Below, one piece after another: positions 7,662-17,934 of a stretch of 64,000 nt of DNA. Location of the stretch: the sequence record NC_031927.1. One strand, written 5' to 3'. Made by a program: the position numbers and the translations under genes. The notes beneath the pieces are model-generated. The model was not told the origin of the DNA and made no database searches. It was given only the letters and a program-made list of their open reading frames with translations. Position 1 is the first letter of the stretch; the number at the start of each line of letters is the position of its first letter.

Positions 7662-10264
7662 TGTCTAAGAACAAATTCTACACGAATGTCCAGATGTATG
7701 GAAACTCTATCCTTCTCCGAGGATATGAGGACGGTAAGCGTTTCAATGTTAGGCAGAATAACTTCCAGCCCACATTGTTTGCTACCAGTAAAAAAGCTAG
7801 TGATTGGAAGACATTAGATGGAGAATATGTTAAGGAGATTCAGCCAGGTAGTATTAAGGAGTGTCGTGAGTTCATTAAAACCCACGAGAATATAGATAAC
7901 TTCAATGTGTATGGTAACGAGAGATTTATCTTTCAGTTTATTGCCGACACATATCCTGGTGAGATTAAGTTTGATACATCTTTGATGAAGATGATTACTG
8001 TTGATATTGAGGTTGAATCAGAGCATGGATTCCCAGACCCAGAATCGGCAGCAGAAGAAGTCCTACTCATCACTGTACAGGACTACAACACCAAGAAAAT
8101 CATCACTTGGGGTCAAACCAAGCACGGTGACTTTGAGAACAAGCAGGATAATGTAGACTTCCGCCCTTGTTATGATGAGCACCACCTTCTAAACTCATTT
8201 ATTGATTGGTGGTCACGGGACACCCCAGATGTTGTTACTGGTTGGAACTTGGAATATTATGATATTCCATACCTATGTAACCGTATTGAGCGCCTACTAG
8301 GCTCCAAGACAATGAAAACATTGTCCCCCTGGAAGCTAGTATCCGAAGAGAAGCACTTTATCAAGGGGCAGGAGAAGCTTTACTTTGATATTGCTGGTGT
8401 TACTCAACTTGATTACCTGAACCTCTATAAGAAGTTCACATATACTAACCAAGAAAGCTATCGCCTAGATCACATTGCTGATGTGGAGCTAGGGCAGAAG
8501 AAGCTGGATCACAGTGAGTTTGAGACGTTCAAAGACTTCTATACAGATGGCTGGCAGAAGTTTGTTGAATACAACATCATTGACGTGGAACTAGTTGACC
8601 GTTTGGAAGATAAGATGAAACTTATCGACCTCGCTCTAACTATGGCGTTTGACGCCAAGGTAAACTTCCGTGACGTATTCTATCAAGTACGTATGTGGGA
8701 TACTATTATCTACAACTATCTCCGTGAGAAGAATATTGTTATTCCTCCCAAGGTAAAGATTGATAAGGACGCCAAGTATGCGGGTGCTTATGTTAAGGAG
8801 CCCAAGCCAGGTAAGTATGATTATGTTGTGAGTTTTGACCTTAACTCACTATATCCCCACTTGATTATGCAATATGCGATCTCGCCCGAGACGCTTATTA
8901 CTATGGATGATCTAAACATTATGATCCATAATGCACAGAATGATCCATCATATGACCAAGAGAAGCTAGAAGCTATGCTCCAAGTCAGGCAGCTATCAGG
9001 CAAGATTAATGTCTATAAGGTCCTGGATATGGAGCTAGACTTATCTCCATTGAAGGTTCTTGACTGGACTATGACTGCTAACGGTGCTATTTACCGTCGT
9101 GTTAAGGGAATGTTGCCCGAACTAATGGAGAAGATGTATGCAGAACGAGTTATCTTTAAGAAGCGAATGCTCGCAGCCAAACAGCTCAATGAGACGAAGC
9201 CTTCTAAAGCACTTGAAAAGGAGATCTCCCGCTGTAACAACATTCAAATGGCGAAGAAGATTTCTCTTAACAGTGCTTATGGTGCTATTGGTAATCAATA
9301 CTTCAGGTATTTCAAACTAGCAAATGCTGAAGCCATCACACTATCAGGTCAGACTTCTATTCGCTGGATTGAGAACAAACTCAATGAGTATATGAATAAG
9401 ACGCTAGGTACCGATAAGGTTGATTATGTTATTGCGTCAGACACTGACTCAATTTATCTACATATGGGACCAATTGTTGATAAGGTGTTTGGTGATAAGG
9501 ATGTATCTAAAGAGAAGATTGTTGATGCACTAGATGGCTTCTGTCAAGCTAAGATTGAGCCTTTTATTGATAATTCATATCAAGAGCTTGCTCACTATGT
9601 GAATGCATATGACCAGAAGATGCAGATGAAGCGAGAGAATATCGCAGACCGTGGTATTTGGACCGCTAAGAAGCGTTACATTCTGAATGTATGGGATAGT
9701 GAGGGTGTGCGCTATGCTCAACCTAAGCTCAAAATGATGGGCATTGAGGCAGTCAAATCATCCACTCCTGCCCCGTGTAGGTCAATGATTAAAGAGGCAC
9801 TCAAGCTTGTTATGGTGGGCACTGAGGATCAAGTTATTGACTATATTGATAGCTGTAGGCTTCAGTTTAAGATGCTTCCACCAGAGCAAATATCATTCCC
9901 AAGATCTGTTAGTGATGTTGTTAAATACAAGTCACCCGTAAGCATTTACGCTAAGGGAACTCCCATCCATTGTCGCGGAGCACTTCTATTCAATCATCAC
10001 ATCAAAAAGAATGGGCTAGATAAGAAGTACTCATTGATTAATAATGGGGAGAAGATCAAGTTCTGCTACTTAAAAGTTCCTAATAAGATTGGAGAGAATG
10101 TTATTTCATTCATTTCAGACTTCCCTAAGGAGCTAAATCTAGAGCGGTACATTGATTATGACTTACAGTTCAGCAAAAGTTTCTTGGAACCTCTAAAAAT
10201 CATTCTTGATTCTATTGGCTGGCATTCTGAGAAAACAGTTACATTAGAATCGTTTTTTGGATAA
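7661..10264 (+). CDS. gp43: Family B DNA polymerase
   Basis: Exo DIEV; region II SFDLNSLYPHL; region III KISLNSAYGAIGN; region I SDTDS; KKRY. Confidence 0.98.
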   Translation: MSKNKFYTNVQMYGNSILLRGYEDGKRFNVRQNNFQPTLFATSKKASDWKTLDGEYVKEIQPGSIKECREFIKTHENIDNFNVYGNERFIFQFIADTYPGEIKFDTSLMKMITVDIEVESEHGFPDPESAAEEVLLITVQDYNTKKIITWGQTKHGDFENKQDNVDFRPCYDEHHLLNSFIDWWSRDTPDVVTGWNLEYYDIPYLCNRIERLLGSKTMKTLSPWKLVSEEKHFIKGQEKLYFDIAGVTQLDYLNLYKKFTYTNQESYRLDHIADVELGQKKLDHSEFETFKDFYTDGWQKFVEYNIIDVELVDRLEDKMKLIDLALTMAFDAKVNFRDVFYQVRMWDTIIYNYLREKNIVIPPKVKIDKDAKYAGAYVKEPKPGKYDYVVSFDLNSLYPHLIMQYAISPETLITMDDLNIMIHNAQNDPSYDQEKLEAMLQVRQLSGKINVYKVLDMELDLSPLKVLDWTMTANGAIYRRVKGMLPELMEKMYAERVIFKKRMLAAKQLNETKPSKALEKEISRCNNIQMAKKISLNSAYGAIGNQYFRYFKLANAEAITLSGQTSIRWIENKLNEYMNKTLGTDKVDYVIASDTDSIYLHMGPIVDKVFGDKDVSKEKIVDALDGFCQAKIEPFIDNSYQELAHYVNAYDQKMQMKRENIADRGIWTAKKRYILNVWDSEGVRYAQPKLKMMGIEAVKSSTPAPCRSMIKEALKLVMVGTEDQVIDYIDSCRLQFKMLPPEQISFPRSVSDVVKYKSPVSIYAKGTPIHCRGALLFNHHIKKNGLDKKYSLINNGEKIKFCYLKVPNKIGENVISFISDFPKELNLERYIDYDLQFSKSFLEPLKIILDSIGWHSEKTVTLESFFG

Positions 10265-10445
10265 TAATATGAATGATACAGAATTACTAGCTTTGGACCT
10301 CTTTATAGAATCCGTCATAAAGGTGGACGAAGATCTGAGGTCCCAAGCTAGGGATCAAAAATGTTTGGATGAGTTGATCAATATCCGTGTAGATGTGCTA
10401 GAATACCTCTATGAACTTAGGAGAAAATCTAATGGCACTGTCTAA
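10257..10445 (+). CDS. Hypothetical protein
   Basis: 62 aa, overlaps both neighbours in operon style. Confidence 0.55.
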   Translation: MDNNMNDTELLALDLFIESVIKVDEDLRSQARDQKCLDELINIRVDVLEYLYELRRKSNGTV

Positions 10446-10662
10446 GAGTGTGTTGGAGTCCTTAGAAGAGGCTCAAGGCGCACTCAGAAATGCCCTAGCA
10501 TATGCTGCTAGGAATGAGCGTCCTATGATATGCGAAAGCATTGCTAAGATTCTCAGTTCTATTGATACTATTGAGTCTAGTGAATCTATTATGGATACAC
10601 TAGACAAATATAAGAACACGGGTGGAGATGGTGAAAGCCCATTTGGTAAATTTGACTTTTAA
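10432..10662 (+). CDS. Conserved cyanophage hypothetical protein
   Basis: MALSKSVLESLEEAQGALRNALAYAARNERP; ATG 10432. Confidence 0.7.
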   Translation: MALSKSVLESLEEAQGALRNALAYAARNERPMICESIAKILSSIDTIESSESIMDTLDKYKNTGGDGESPFGKFDF

Positions 10663-10670
10663 AACTAACT

Positions 10671-11678
10671 ATGGATTTTCTAAAGGATATTGTAAATGAA
10701 ATTGGTGGCGACTACTCTAAGATTGCGTCAGACATTGACGAAACAGAAACATTCGTTGATACTGGTTCGTTCATCTTTAATGCTCTTGTATCTGGGTCTT
10801 TGTACGGTGGTGTTTCTGGCGATAAAATTACTGCAATTGCTGGGGAAAGCTCTACTGGTAAGACTTTTTTCTCACTCGCCGTCGTCAAGAACTTTCTGGA
10901 TTCTAATCCCGATGCATCTTGCATTTATTTTGATACTGAAGCAGCAGTCAATAAGTCACTTCTATCATCACGTGGTATCGACCTCAACCGTTTGGCTGTC
11001 GTCAATGTCGTAACAATCGAAGAGTTCCGCACCAAGGCACTTAAGATTGTAGATATGTATCTAAAGACACCAGAGGCAGACCGCAAGCCTTGTATGTTTG
11101 TGCTAGACTCCCTCGGTATGCTCTCCACTAATAAGGAGATCAACGATGCTCTAGATGATAAGCAGGTCCGCGATATGACCAAATCACAGCTAATCAAAGG
11201 AGCATTCCGTATGCTAACATTGAAGCTGGGTCAAGCTAAAATCCCAATGCTCGTTACTAATCACACATATGACGTTATCGGTGCTTATGTTCCTACAAAG
11301 GAAATGGGTGGTGGCTCTGGTCTTAAGTATGCCGCTTCTACTATCATTCATCTCTCGAAGAAGAAAGAGAAGGATGGAACAGAGATTGTTGGAAACATTA
11401 TCAAGGCAAAGACTGCTAAGTCGCGTTTAAGTAAAGAGAATATGGACGTAGGCGTCCGTTTGTATTATGATGAGCGAGGACTTGATAAGTACTTCGGTCT
11501 TCTAGAGCTAGGTGAAAAGGGTGGTATGTGGAAAAACGTTGCTGGTCGTTACGATCTAGGCGATGGTAAGAAGATCTACGCTAAAGCCATTCTCAAAGAC
11601 CCCGAGCAATACTTCACACCAGAAGTTATGGAAAAGCTAGAGGTAATTGCTAAAGGAACATTCTCATACGGAAACTAA
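10671..11678 (+). CDS. uvsX: RecA-like recombinase
   Basis: AGESSTGKT, YFDTEAA, FVLDSLGML, MGGGSGLKYAAS. Confidence 0.97.
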   Translation: MDFLKDIVNEIGGDYSKIASDIDETETFVDTGSFIFNALVSGSLYGGVSGDKITAIAGESSTGKTFFSLAVVKNFLDSNPDASCIYFDTEAAVNKSLLSSRGIDLNRLAVVNVVTIEEFRTKALKIVDMYLKTPEADRKPCMFVLDSLGMLSTNKEINDALDDKQVRDMTKSQLIKGAFRMLTLKLGQAKIPMLVTNHTYDVIGAYVPTKEMGGGSGLKYAASTIIHLSKKKEKDGTEIVGNIIKAKTAKSRLSKENMDVGVRLYYDERGLDKYFGLLELGEKGGMWKNVAGRYDLGDGKKIYAKAILKDPEQYFTPEVMEKLEVIAKGTFSYGN

Positions 11679-11690
11679 TTAGGACATTTA

Positions 11691-13073
11691 ATGGAAAGAA
11701 TTGAAAACCTTATTCTACGATCATTAGTATATAATGAAAACTACTCACGCAAAGTCATTCCATTTATTGAACCTGACTATTTCCACGATTCATCAGAGCG
11801 AGTCCTCTTTGAGGAGATTGCCCAATACATGGTCAAGTACAACGCTCGCCCATCTAAAGAAGCACTTGGAATCGAGGTAGAGGCACGTAATAACCTCTCT
11901 GAAACTGATGTTCAAAACATCCGTACCATCCTTACAACATTTGATGATGTAACAGGTACTGATGAGTGGATGCAAGATACCACCGAGAAGTGGTGTAAGA
12001 AGCAAGCCATCTACAATGCCCTTATGGAGTCCGTAGGTATTGCTAATGGAGACAGTAAGCAGAAGACCGAGGACGCTATTCCAAGCATCCTCTCAAGTGC
12101 TCTGGCTGTCTCATTTGATAGTAATGTAGGACACGACTACATTGAAGATGCCTCCGAACGTTTTGACTTCTATACACGTAAGGAAGACAAGATTCCATTT
12201 GATATTGAGCTACTCAATAAGATCACCAAGGGTGGTCTAACTAACAAGTCACTCAACATTGCCCTAGCTGGTACTGGTGTTGGTAAGTCACTCTTTATGT
12301 GTCACGTGGCTGCCGCGTCTCTAATGCAAGGCAAGAATGTTCTATACATTACTGCCGAGATGGCTGAGGAGAAGATTGCGGAACGTATTGACGCCAACCT
12401 ACTCAATGTAAATATCCAAGATATTTCAAGCCTATCCAAGAAAATGTTTGAGGATAAGGTGACCAAGGTAGCCAAGAAGGTTCAAGGTTCCCTTATTATT
12501 AAGGAGTATCCAACAGCACAGGCACACTCAGGTCACTTCAAGGCACTTCTAAATGAGCTACAACTCAAGAAGAACTTCCGCCCAGACATCATCTTCATTG
12601 ACTACCTAAACATCTGTGCTTCCAGCCGTATCAAGTCTGGCTCTAACGCCAACTCATACACCCTTGTGAAGAGTATTGCAGAGGAGTTGCGTGGTCTAGC
12701 GGTAGAGTTCAATCTACCCATCGTCAGCGCCACCCAGACGACCCGTAGCGGCTATGGAAACAGTGATGTGGATATCACAGATACTTCCGAGTCTTTCGGG
12801 CTTCCAGCCACTGCTGACCTTATGGTAGCGCTCATCTCAACAGAGGAGCTAGAAGGTCTAGGACAAATTATGGTAAAACAACTCAAGAACAGATACAATG
12901 ATCCCACCATCCACAAGCGTTTTGTTGTCGGTATTGACCGCGCCAAGATGCGCCTTTATGACTGCGAGCAATCAGCTCAAGATGATATTATGGGAGGAGG
13001 GGAAGAAGAGTATGAGAACTCTGATGACTCATCCAAACCATTTAAGGAAAAGTTCGCCAAACTAAACTTCTAA
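11691..13073 (+). CDS. gp41: Replicative DNA helicase
   Basis: LAGTGVGKSL, IIKEYPT, IFIDYLNIC, SATQTTRSG, SESFGLPATAD, QLKNRY. Confidence 0.97.
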   Translation: MERIENLILRSLVYNENYSRKVIPFIEPDYFHDSSERVLFEEIAQYMVKYNARPSKEALGIEVEARNNLSETDVQNIRTILTTFDDVTGTDEWMQDTTEKWCKKQAIYNALMESVGIANGDSKQKTEDAIPSILSSALAVSFDSNVGHDYIEDASERFDFYTRKEDKIPFDIELLNKITKGGLTNKSLNIALAGTGVGKSLFMCHVAAASLMQGKNVLYITAEMAEEKIAERIDANLLNVNIQDISSLSKKMFEDKVTKVAKKVQGSLIIKEYPTAQAHSGHFKALLNELQLKKNFRPDIIFIDYLNICASSRIKSGSNANSYTLVKSIAEELRGLAVEFNLPIVSATQTTRSGYGNSDVDITDTSESFGLPATADLMVALISTEELEGLGQIMVKQLKNRYNDPTIHKRFVVGIDRAKMRLYDCEQSAQDDIMGGGEEEYENSDDSSKPFKEKFAKLNF

Positions 13074-13079
13074 TATTAT

Positions 13080-13102
13080 GGGGGCTCAATGCCCCCTTTT
13101 TT
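13080..13102 (+). terminator. Intrinsic terminator after gp41
   Basis: ggggg-ctcaatg-ccccc followed by TTTTTT. Confidence 0.75.
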
Positions 13103-13135
13103 AATGATAAATATTATTAACTTGGTTATATATTT

Positions 13136-14266
13136 GTGGCTTCTTTATCCGGCAACTCTACTAATGGTATCCCAAACTGGGACAAGTATGTAAAAAACCA
13201 GAATAGCTTGAGTAGTATTAAGTATGATATCGAAAAGCCAGCCTTTTTATATAAAGGAATTTCAAATACAAAGGAAAGTGATATTTTAGGTCTTCTTCCT
13301 GTAGGGACGCTGGTTAATATAGTATCCCCTACCATATATAATATTAGTGTATCTAAAGGTGCGGGAAAGGCATTCAGTAGTAAGCCAGCAGCTAAAGTTA
13401 GATATGATGGAAAATCTGGTTATGTCTTAATTACATTAATTAGAAAGCCTACAAAGGCTCCTGATTCCGTAGAAAAGAGGACGATTGATATAACACAAAC
13501 AACTTTAAATTCATACAAGCAAGTTTCTGGTGTAGGTAGAGGTCCTAAAGCTGGTATTAATATTGAAGTTGAAGGTGTTGGTGTAATACAAAATGTATCT
13601 ACAGTATCTAAAGTCCCCGAGAGAGTGAATAATAGAGAAGCAAAAGCTGATATTGTTTTGAAGGATACGAAAGGTACACCATTATTCTACATATCACACA
13701 AGGCGGGTGGTGGTGCCAAGGCTTTCCAGCAGTATGGTGGTGTATCTAAAAAAGCAGGAAGTAGAAGCAATCCCGCATTGATATATAATGATCCAGAGAC
13801 ACAGCAATATTTGAACGACCTTTGGAATTTTTACCAGGATGCCCTAGCAGGAGCACTACAATATGGAGAGGCTAATCCATTTAAGTCAGATGGTCTTCTA
13901 AAATACGGTAGGATATACAGGTTTGTAAAATCAGACGAACTTATTGGTAAGGCAGTATTTGGACCTGATTATGGTGGAGCATTTGGTATTGACAATGTAA
14001 ACCTAATCGGTCAAGGTAATTTCCTATTCAAGCCATATATGAATTCCGAGGAAGACATTGCTATTAGACTTAGATTTGAAAACTTTGAAATTAACGGAGA
14101 TATATCCGAGTTTAGAAAGGGTGACTATAGGGCAATCTTTGTATCCAGGTCTTCCTCAGATAGGAAAACTGAAACACCGTCTGGTAATATTCCAAAACTT
14201 AGGACTGGTATATTCAATATGTCTTACCTATCTGGTCAGTCCGAAAACATTGACGCCCTACTCTAA
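13136..14266 (+). CDS. Hypothetical protein, possible PD-(D/E)xK nuclease fold
   Basis: GTG start; KADIVLK...FYISHK motif; AT-rich codon use unlike neighbours; ATAAATA upstream at about 13107. Confidence 0.55.
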   Translation: MASLSGNSTNGIPNWDKYVKNQNSLSSIKYDIEKPAFLYKGISNTKESDILGLLPVGTLVNIVSPTIYNISVSKGAGKAFSSKPAAKVRYDGKSGYVLITLIRKPTKAPDSVEKRTIDITQTTLNSYKQVSGVGRGPKAGINIEVEGVGVIQNVSTVSKVPERVNNREAKADIVLKDTKGTPLFYISHKAGGGAKAFQQYGGVSKKAGSRSNPALIYNDPETQQYLNDLWNFYQDALAGALQYGEANPFKSDGLLKYGRIYRFVKSDELIGKAVFGPDYGGAFGIDNVNLIGQGNFLFKPYMNSEEDIAIRLRFENFEINGDISEFRKGDYRAIFVSRSSSDRKTETPSGNIPKLRTGIFNMSYLSGQSENIDALL

Positions 14267-14278
14267 ACCTGCTACAAT
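14250..14278 (+). promoter_or_regulatory. Sigma70-like promoter (TTGACG-N17-TACAAT, extended TG) upstream of mazG
   Basis: Consensus spacing read directly. Confidence 0.75.
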
Positions 14279-14308
14279 AAGCAGGTCTCAAGATAAAAAA
14301 AAAACATT

Positions 14309-14716
14309 ATGAGTCAAGTCGACTTCAACCGCTATCTAGAGTTTGTAGATGGCGTAACCAGTGAGCCTTCAAAGGACACCGAAGCATTTGTCTACCGTGT
14401 ACAAGAGCTAGCAGGACAAGATTGTGATATCCAACGCCTCCTAACCGCTTCCGTAGGTGTCTGTGCCGAGGGTGGTGAGTTTATGGAGATTGTAAAGAAG
14501 ATGGCTTTCCAAGGTAAGCCTTACAACGAAGATAATGTATATCATATGAAGCGTGAGCTTGGTGATATTATGTGGTATATGGCTCAAGCCTGTATTGCCC
14601 TTGATGTGACATTTGAAGAACTGGTCGAAATGAACGTAGCAAAGCTAGAAGCACGCTATCCTGGTGGAAGCTTCAACGTTCATAGCAGTGAAGTACGTGT
14701 AGAGGGGGACATTTGA
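14309..14716 (+). CDS. mazG: MazG-like nucleotide pyrophosphohydrolase
   Basis: GVCAEGGEFMEIVKK...KRELGDIMWY...NVAKLEARYP. Confidence 0.92.
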   Translation: MSQVDFNRYLEFVDGVTSEPSKDTEAFVYRVQELAGQDCDIQRLLTASVGVCAEGGEFMEIVKKMAFQGKPYNEDNVYHMKRELGDIMWYMAQACIALDVTFEELVEMNVAKLEARYPGGSFNVHSSEVRVEGDI

Positions 14717-14949
14717 ACTTCCTAGAAAAGTGGTATGATACGTGGTGGTGGGCTATTTCTGAAAGGATGAATCCACTACACCCATTAGCAGATTGGGAAC
14801 CAGACTTCTTTGAATACATCAATGAGGGCTGGTTAGATATGTACTACGAGCCACCAACAGACCAAGAGCGTAAGGATGCGTTCATCAAGTCTATCACCAT
14901 CAACAGCAACCCGTACTACAACGAGAAGTACTACGACTATGAAGTTTGA
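14713..14949 (+). CDS. Hypothetical protein
   Basis: TTG start overlapping the mazG stop; Trp/Tyr-rich 78 aa. Confidence 0.55.
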   Translation: MNFLEKWYDTWWWAISERMNPLHPLADWEPDFFEYINEGWLDMYYEPPTDQERKDAFIKSITINSNPYYNEKYYDYEV

Positions 14950-15097
14950 CCTAGACCTAGAAGACTTCACCATCATCCAAAATGCCCTACACTACTACAA
15001 ACACGTAGAGAAACGAGGCAACTTCCAACAATACGACATCCCTAGATGCGAAGCTCTTAGAGACAAACTATCACAACAACTAATGGAGAATGAATGA
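14939..15097 (+). CDS. Conserved small cyanophage hypothetical protein
   Basis: MKFDLDLEDFTIIQNALHYYK; ATG 14939 within the ORF-track frame. Confidence 0.6.
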   Translation: MKFDLDLEDFTIIQNALHYYKHVEKRGNFQQYDIPRCEALRDKLSQQLMENE

Positions 15098-15303
15098 GTA
15101 ACCCAAAGCCAATCACACTTGAAGAATACGCAGACGTAGGACCTGAGTTCTTTGCTAAATTTAACTATGTAAAGACACAACTACCTGCCGAGTCAGACGT
15201 AGAAGAAGTCCTAACTATTATGGAAACTCTTGCTGGTCTTGTATTGATTAAGCGAGATGAAGATGAAGAAACCGACCGCCCCGCTATTGGATTTAACAAA
15301 TGA
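15094..15303 (+). CDS. Conserved small cyanophage hypothetical protein
   Basis: KPITLEEY...IMETLAGLV...IGF; ATGA overlap. Confidence 0.65.
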   Translation: MSNPKPITLEEYADVGPEFFAKFNYVKTQLPAESDVEEVLTIMETLAGLVLIKRDEDEETDRPAIGFNK

Positions 15304-15500
15304 CAAACGAACAAGAAGTATTACAACAGTTCATCACCAAGCGCATTCAATTGTTGCGCTCTTCTGAGGAGTTGCGTCAGCAACTACAACAGCAGGCAGA
15401 GCTTCTGCTACGTGTAGAAGGAGCAATTGAGGCATTTGGTCTCATCGGTATTGAAATTACCCCAGCAGAGGGACCAGAGCCAGCAGAAAACCCCGAATGA
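15300..15500 (+). CDS. Small coiled-coil hypothetical protein
   Basis: 66 aa with heptad-like stretch; ATGA overlaps. Confidence 0.6.
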   Translation: MTNEQEVLQQFITKRIQLLRSSEELRQQLQQQAELLLRVEGAIEAFGLIGIEITPAEGPEPAENPE

Positions 15501-16213
15501 TTATTGATATTAGAGACTTCCCTGTCTATTATATAAACCTAGATTCACAACCAGACCGTAGAGAGTCTACGGTAAATACATTAACGAGTCTTGGGTTTAG
15601 TAGGATTCATAGAGTCTCTGGTATCCAACACCAAAAGCCAGCGGTAGGGTGTGCTCTATCCCATCTAAAAGTTATGGAGAACAAATCAATACAAGCTCCA
15701 TTCCTTTTAGTTGAGGATGATATCCAATACACTGGAAATGAAAAACTAGTTTATGAAGTCCCCGAAGATGCCGATGCGCTATTTTTGGGGACTTCTATAT
15801 GGGGTAGATTCCTAAACTTTAACGGGCAGTTTGTTCAGTATAGAAAAGTAAATGAAGATATTGTAAGAGTATACAATATGCTATCTGCCCACGCTATACT
15901 ACATCTAAACAATGGGTATAAGGAGCATCTCAGTAGAGTTGCTTACCATAGTGCCTACGAGATACAAGACCATATGGATGTTGGCTACGCAGAGACTCAA
16001 AAATACTATAATGTATACTCTGTGAATAGACCAGTATTCACTCAAAATACTCACCAGGAAGCTTCTACCTCAACACCCATAACTGAAATGGGTATGGACC
16101 CAGAAGAATCCAAGAGGTTCTTTGAGTCTAAAAAGTGGAATCTACAACTGTCTGGTATCAAAACTATCTCTGGTTGGGATAGTAACTATGACCCAAAGCA
16201 TTGGTTTAAATAA
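15497..16213 (+). CDS. Glycosyltransferase, GT25-like
   Basis: YYINLDSQPDRR, GCALSH, LLVEDDI. Confidence 0.8.
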   Translation: MIIDIRDFPVYYINLDSQPDRRESTVNTLTSLGFSRIHRVSGIQHQKPAVGCALSHLKVMENKSIQAPFLLVEDDIQYTGNEKLVYEVPEDADALFLGTSIWGRFLNFNGQFVQYRKVNEDIVRVYNMLSAHAILHLNNGYKEHLSRVAYHSAYEIQDHMDVGYAETQKYYNVYSVNRPVFTQNTHQEASTSTPITEMGMDPEESKRFFESKKWNLQLSGIKTISGWDSNYDPKHWFK

Positions 16214-16214
16214 T

Positions 16215-17132
16215 ATGAAAGTTCTATTCTATACAGATGTTACTTGGTCACTGGGTAATATCCACAACAACTTGGTAAAGGAGTTCTGTAAGAGGGGTAT
16301 ATACTCCAATATGCTTAACTGGGATTTTGATTACTCTGTTAGGGAGTTTGATTATCTCAATAAGATATATGATGTATTTGTAACTCTTCCAGGTCCTTGT
16401 GTGAATCTATTGATTAGTAAGGGTATTCCTGCTAATAAGATTATCTGTGTAGCTCATAGTCGCTTTGATGTGAAGCACGGTGTAGACTCCAATATTCCTT
16501 GGGCATCTCTACGCAGTGTTGTAGCAATCTCACCAGACCTAGTGAAGACCCATAAGATTCTTGGGGTTGATGTGAATGTTGAGTTGGTCCAAAATGGTAT
16601 AGACTTTGAGCTATTCCATAGAGAGCCAGCAACTGAACTAACCAGGCTTGGATATTTTGGTTCAGACTTTGCCCCAGATGTTCTTGCTGGAACAGGAGAC
16701 TGTAAGAGGAAGCACCTAGCAGAGTCAATCGCAAATATCACAGGACTCCCTCTAATAGGCACAGGAAGCAAGCTAGTGAACCTGTGTATGCCCACTCTCT
16801 ATGAGAGTATAGATAGTCTGATTATGCCTTCCAGCTCCCCAGAAGCCTGTGGGCTGCCTTATATGGAAGCAGCAGCGGCAGGTAGGCTCCCTATCAGCAG
16901 TTCTGTTGGAATTATTGACCATCTAGGTAAGCCTGCTGGTCTAGTTCTACGAATGGATGAAGAGTCTTTTGTAGAGCAAGCCGTATTCCAAATCAATGAA
17001 CTGGTTGCCTCTCCCAAGAGGTTCCGCTCATTATGTGTAGAAGCACAAGACTTCGCACGTCACTACTATGATTGGTCTGCCGTTATTGGTAGATGGATTG
17101 ATGTTCTAACTAAACCTGATAACAACCTTTGA
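16215..17132 (+). CDS. Glycosyltransferase, GT4/GT-B fold
   Basis: LIMPSSSPEACGLPYMEAAAAGRLPISSSVG E-x7-E motif; ATG 16215. Confidence 0.8.
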   Translation: MKVLFYTDVTWSLGNIHNNLVKEFCKRGIYSNMLNWDFDYSVREFDYLNKIYDVFVTLPGPCVNLLISKGIPANKIICVAHSRFDVKHGVDSNIPWASLRSVVAISPDLVKTHKILGVDVNVELVQNGIDFELFHREPATELTRLGYFGSDFAPDVLAGTGDCKRKHLAESIANITGLPLIGTGSKLVNLCMPTLYESIDSLIMPSSSPEACGLPYMEAAAAGRLPISSSVGIIDHLGKPAGLVLRMDEESFVEQAVFQINELVASPKRFRSLCVEAQDFARHYYDWSAVIGRWIDVLTKPDNNL

Positions 17133-17133
17133 T

Positions 17134-17934
17134 ATGTCTTTTTCATTCAACCATTTAGGTAATCACGGGCATTTGGGGAACCAGATGTTCCAATATGCTG
17201 CCCTAGTGGGCTTATCTATTAAGCACAATAGACCTTTTTGTATTCCCCACGAAGGTGTATTTGGGAAGCATTATTACACAGAACTCCGTAGTAATATCTA
17301 CGATGCTTTTGATATCAATCCTATCAAGGGTATTAGTTCTTATCCAACAGTAAATGAGCCAAGCTTTGAGTTTAGTCAGGCTTTCTTTGAGAACCCACCT
17401 ACCCAGAATATCAATCTATTAGGTTTTTATCAGAGTGAGAAGTGGTTTGCTCACGCATCAGATTTGGTCCGTAAGGAGTTTACTTTCAAGCAACAATACA
17501 GAGAGATTGCCGAAGAGATTGCCGAGGAGATGCGTAAGCATTTGAGTGGTGAAGTAATCTCACTTCACATCCGAAGGACTGACTATGTAAATAATGCTAA
17601 CCACGATTGTGTTGGTTTGGATTATTATGGAGAAGCATTGAAGCTTGTCCCAGAAGAATGTAAAGTAATCATCTTCACTGACGACCCAGAGTGGGCAAAG
17701 GCACAGGAACTATTCCCAGATGATAGGTTCTTTGTATCAGAAACCAATTGTCCATATATCGATATGTGCCTAATGACTTTATGTGATTATCATATTGTCG
17801 CTAATAGTAGTTACAGCTGGTGGGGTGCCTGGTTGTCTAATAGTAAAAAGGTAATTACTCCAAAGACTTGGTTTGGTCCTGGACTAAATCATAATACAAA
17901 GGACATTTATTGTGATGGATGGGTTATAGTATGA
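17134..17934 (+). CDS. GT11 (alpha-1,2-fucosyltransferase family) glycosyltransferase, copy 1
   Basis: LGNQMFQYA, LHIRRTDY, NSSYSWWGAWL. Confidence 0.9.
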   Translation: MSFSFNHLGNHGHLGNQMFQYAALVGLSIKHNRPFCIPHEGVFGKHYYTELRSNIYDAFDINPIKGISSYPTVNEPSFEFSQAFFENPPTQNINLLGFYQSEKWFAHASDLVRKEFTFKQQYREIAEEIAEEMRKHLSGEVISLHIRRTDYVNNANHDCVGLDYYGEALKLVPEECKVIIFTDDPEWAKAQELFPDDRFFVSETNCPYIDMCLMTLCDYHIVANSSYSWWGAWLSNSKKVITPKTWFGPGLNHNTKDIYCDGWVIV

